Below are positions 61,701-64,000 of a DNA stretch of 64,000 bases, piece by piece. The stretch is from positions 8,556,001 to 8,620,000 of the forward strand of contig CATNEN010000025.1 in the NCBI GenBank assembly GCA_950097015.1. Direction: 5' to 3'. The notes under the pieces are model-generated. The model was not told where the DNA came from and made no database searches. It saw only the letters and a list, made by a program, of their open reading frames with translations. Source of the DNA: Macrostomum hystrix (Eukaryota > Animalia > Platyhelminthes). How positions within the stretch are numbered: position 1 is the first letter of the stretch; each line of letters opens with the position of its first letter. A program made the position numbers and the translations under genes.

Positions 61701-64000
61701 TGGTTGCGCAGTGCGCTGAAACAAAGTAATAATAAATATTTTGCAGTTGCCATTTAAAAGCCAACAAATCTAACACCGATTGCGGACATTTCCGCAGCAT
61801 TGAATCAATAATTATAACAAATGTAGGTAACAGAACGGTAGGGCTAAACCCTGAAAGTAAAGCGTCACCTATGTATGCACTATCTGGGACTTTTGATTTA
61901 TGGTTTATCACGTGACTGTTAGCTTGCTGGCCCACTGGATCACTTGTCCACAATCACTTGGGAATCGGTGACATTTTCTCACTTAGATTAGGCTTTGCGG
62001 ATCGGGCTAATATGTGGATAAGTCGGAAATTTGCTGGTCAAACAACTCCTCTCTGTTTCTGTTCCACTTTCAGGATTTTTCCACATTCGGGAACTTTTCT
62101 TGGGTTTCTTGTAAAGATTTTATAAATAGCTCCAAATCCGATTGCAGTCTTTATATTTGGAACATATACTCGTAAGTCCCACCTTCTACGTCCTAAATTT
62201 GGGTCGCAGGCCAGAAGCACACAATATAAAGCTGTCATGTTATTAAAATATTTGAATGCGAAAACCTGAACCCTGTTCTCATTTTCACTTATTCCACCTT
62301 CCACTGCGCATCACGTGACAAAGAACTGCTATCCGTGTTTGCACTTTTGCACCATCACTAACCATAATGCTATACACAATTAGCCTATTAGGAGGCTTTA
62401 TATTTACTGTTAAAATGATTATGAATAACGATTACGATTAACAAGCAGTAATTATGTAATTGTATGCAAAGCTACATTATATTATCCTTATCCTTATCCT
62501 TAGGCTTAGATATTAAAAATGCGGATCTTAGATCTAAGAAAAATAAGATCGGAATTACGAGTACTACTCACAGCAATTTGGACTTCAATTGTTATAAACT
62601 TTAAAAACCTGCATTTTGAATACATGTAGTCGTTCCAAAATGGTTAACTATAAACTTTATTAAACAAATGAATTATTAAGTTTCGGAGAAGCTAAAATGA
62701 AAATTCATTTTATACTAAACATTCGACATATCCTTTATTTATATTTATGAGACACGATAAAGTAAAAAATAGAGATGTTGTTGACCAATCGGTTGTCTAG
62801 TAAGTTAGTGAATTGCTCAGCACGTTAGGCACAGAATTAGGCTAAATTTGATTAGCGCGGTTCTCTGCTGAACAACCCACTACCTCACCGGCGACAAAAT
62901 GCCTCTTTCGCTATCATGATATCATCTTTCGTGCAAAAAAACAGCGAAAACTGGCAATAAATAATGCTTTTAACCGATTATTTTATGGGTGGGGCTTCTA
63001 AAACTGACTTACCAGACTGGAAATATCGCTGTGAATCAGTGTTATGAGTTATGACGCGCACTCACTCGAGTTGCGGTTGCAAATCAATGGTAGGGTCGTG
63101 TCAATTTTCGGGAGTAACGGGGCTTAAAAGAGGCGGACAGGAGACTCCCACTTAAAATGAAATAAAAGATACACGGATTGTTGTTGTTCAATATGGGAGA
63201 ATGGAGAGAGGGCATGCGTGCGCGAGACGGAGAACGGGCGGGCCTCCGTTTATTGAAGAGAAAGCCTCCTCTGGGGGTTGGTGGTGGGTCTGGGGTAAGG
63301 CTTGACGTCAGTTACTATAAATAGCCTATGGGGTGAGATCGGGTTGGGTTGGATGGCAAGGGAAGCCAGAAAGCGGGAGGGGGTGGGCAATCCCGCGACC
63401 CAATAAGGCTCTGAGGTTTTGGGTGGGGTGGCTGGCGCGAATGGAATTGGAATTGGGTGGAGAAGGGCCAGACGAAGGGTTGAAACGAGGGGCTGGAGTT
63501 ACAGATAGAGAGAAGCAGCAAAAGCTACCCGATGGTGGGACAAATTCTAGATAGTTTAGATTTAGATTAGAAGATACGCTACGCTGTCAATGCACACAAA
63601 ACAGTATAAACTGACAGACAACACAAGCGACAAGTCAACGCTTAATATTCTAGCAAAATGATTGTTTTCGCAAATTTTACAAAAATCAATTTGAGAGCGC
63701 TTTGTAACAGTTTTATAAGTCATTATTGCTTATTATTAGAATGGGATTAGACTGTCTCTGAATTGTTGCCAGGGCCTGGCGCTCTATTTGAAAGCATTCA
63801 TGCTTTCATTGTTGATTGCTCTTCACATTTTACCATATGTGAGGAGCCTTTATCCTATATTATCCAATGCCATTTCGTAAAGGAGGTCTGTGTGGGCTGA
63901 CTTGCACCCTAAGGCAGCAAAATATTTAATAACGAATTTTTACTAGGCAATATTATTTGGGGATGCTGACTAGCTTTTGAAGTTATTTGGAGTTCGGACT

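Noticed and set aside
59500-63600. Possible LTR or promoter fragments (GC-rich patches, TATAAATAG at ~63315, 14-bp palindrome AGGCCCTAGGGCCT at ~60840)
   Set aside because: No paired LTRs, TG..CA ends, PBS/PPT, TSDs or retroelement coding motifs could be identified by eye.

Overview
Eukaryotic (animal) genomic DNA; no prokaryotic features and no CRISPR. GC3-rich exons, AT-rich spacers and minisatellite-swollen introns resemble a free-living flatworm such as Macrostomum (inference only). Genes reconstructed by hand with GT-AG, phase-consistent exons: intronless divergent UBE2D-type E2 (-), 4-exon ARP6/ACTR6 (-), cyclin B (+, first exon not located), 5-exon HDAC11 (+), intronless C14orf119/DUF4508-like gene (+), a previously unrecognisable 12-exon ~760-aa type-I membrane protein made of two tandem CUB-like + degenerate C-type-lectin-like modules (+), a 4-EF-hand calmodulin-like gene (+), an IAH1-like SGNH esterase with a 5' frame problem (+), and two tandem intronless KIF3A kinesin-2 paralogues with gene-conversion-like tracts (+). 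Two initiator tRNA-Met genes lie antisense in a cyclin B intron. Mobile DNA: an internally deleted Helitron with a nested hAT-type MITE, a Merlin-like MITE, a Crypton-like tyrosine-recombinase remnant inserted into a minisatellite unit, three tRNA-headed SINE families (one forming a 936-bp near-palindrome), and a CRE-like non-LTR endonuclease remnant. About 20 distinct tandem arrays occur, mostly one private array per intron; most long ORFs in the supplied track are artefacts of these arrays.
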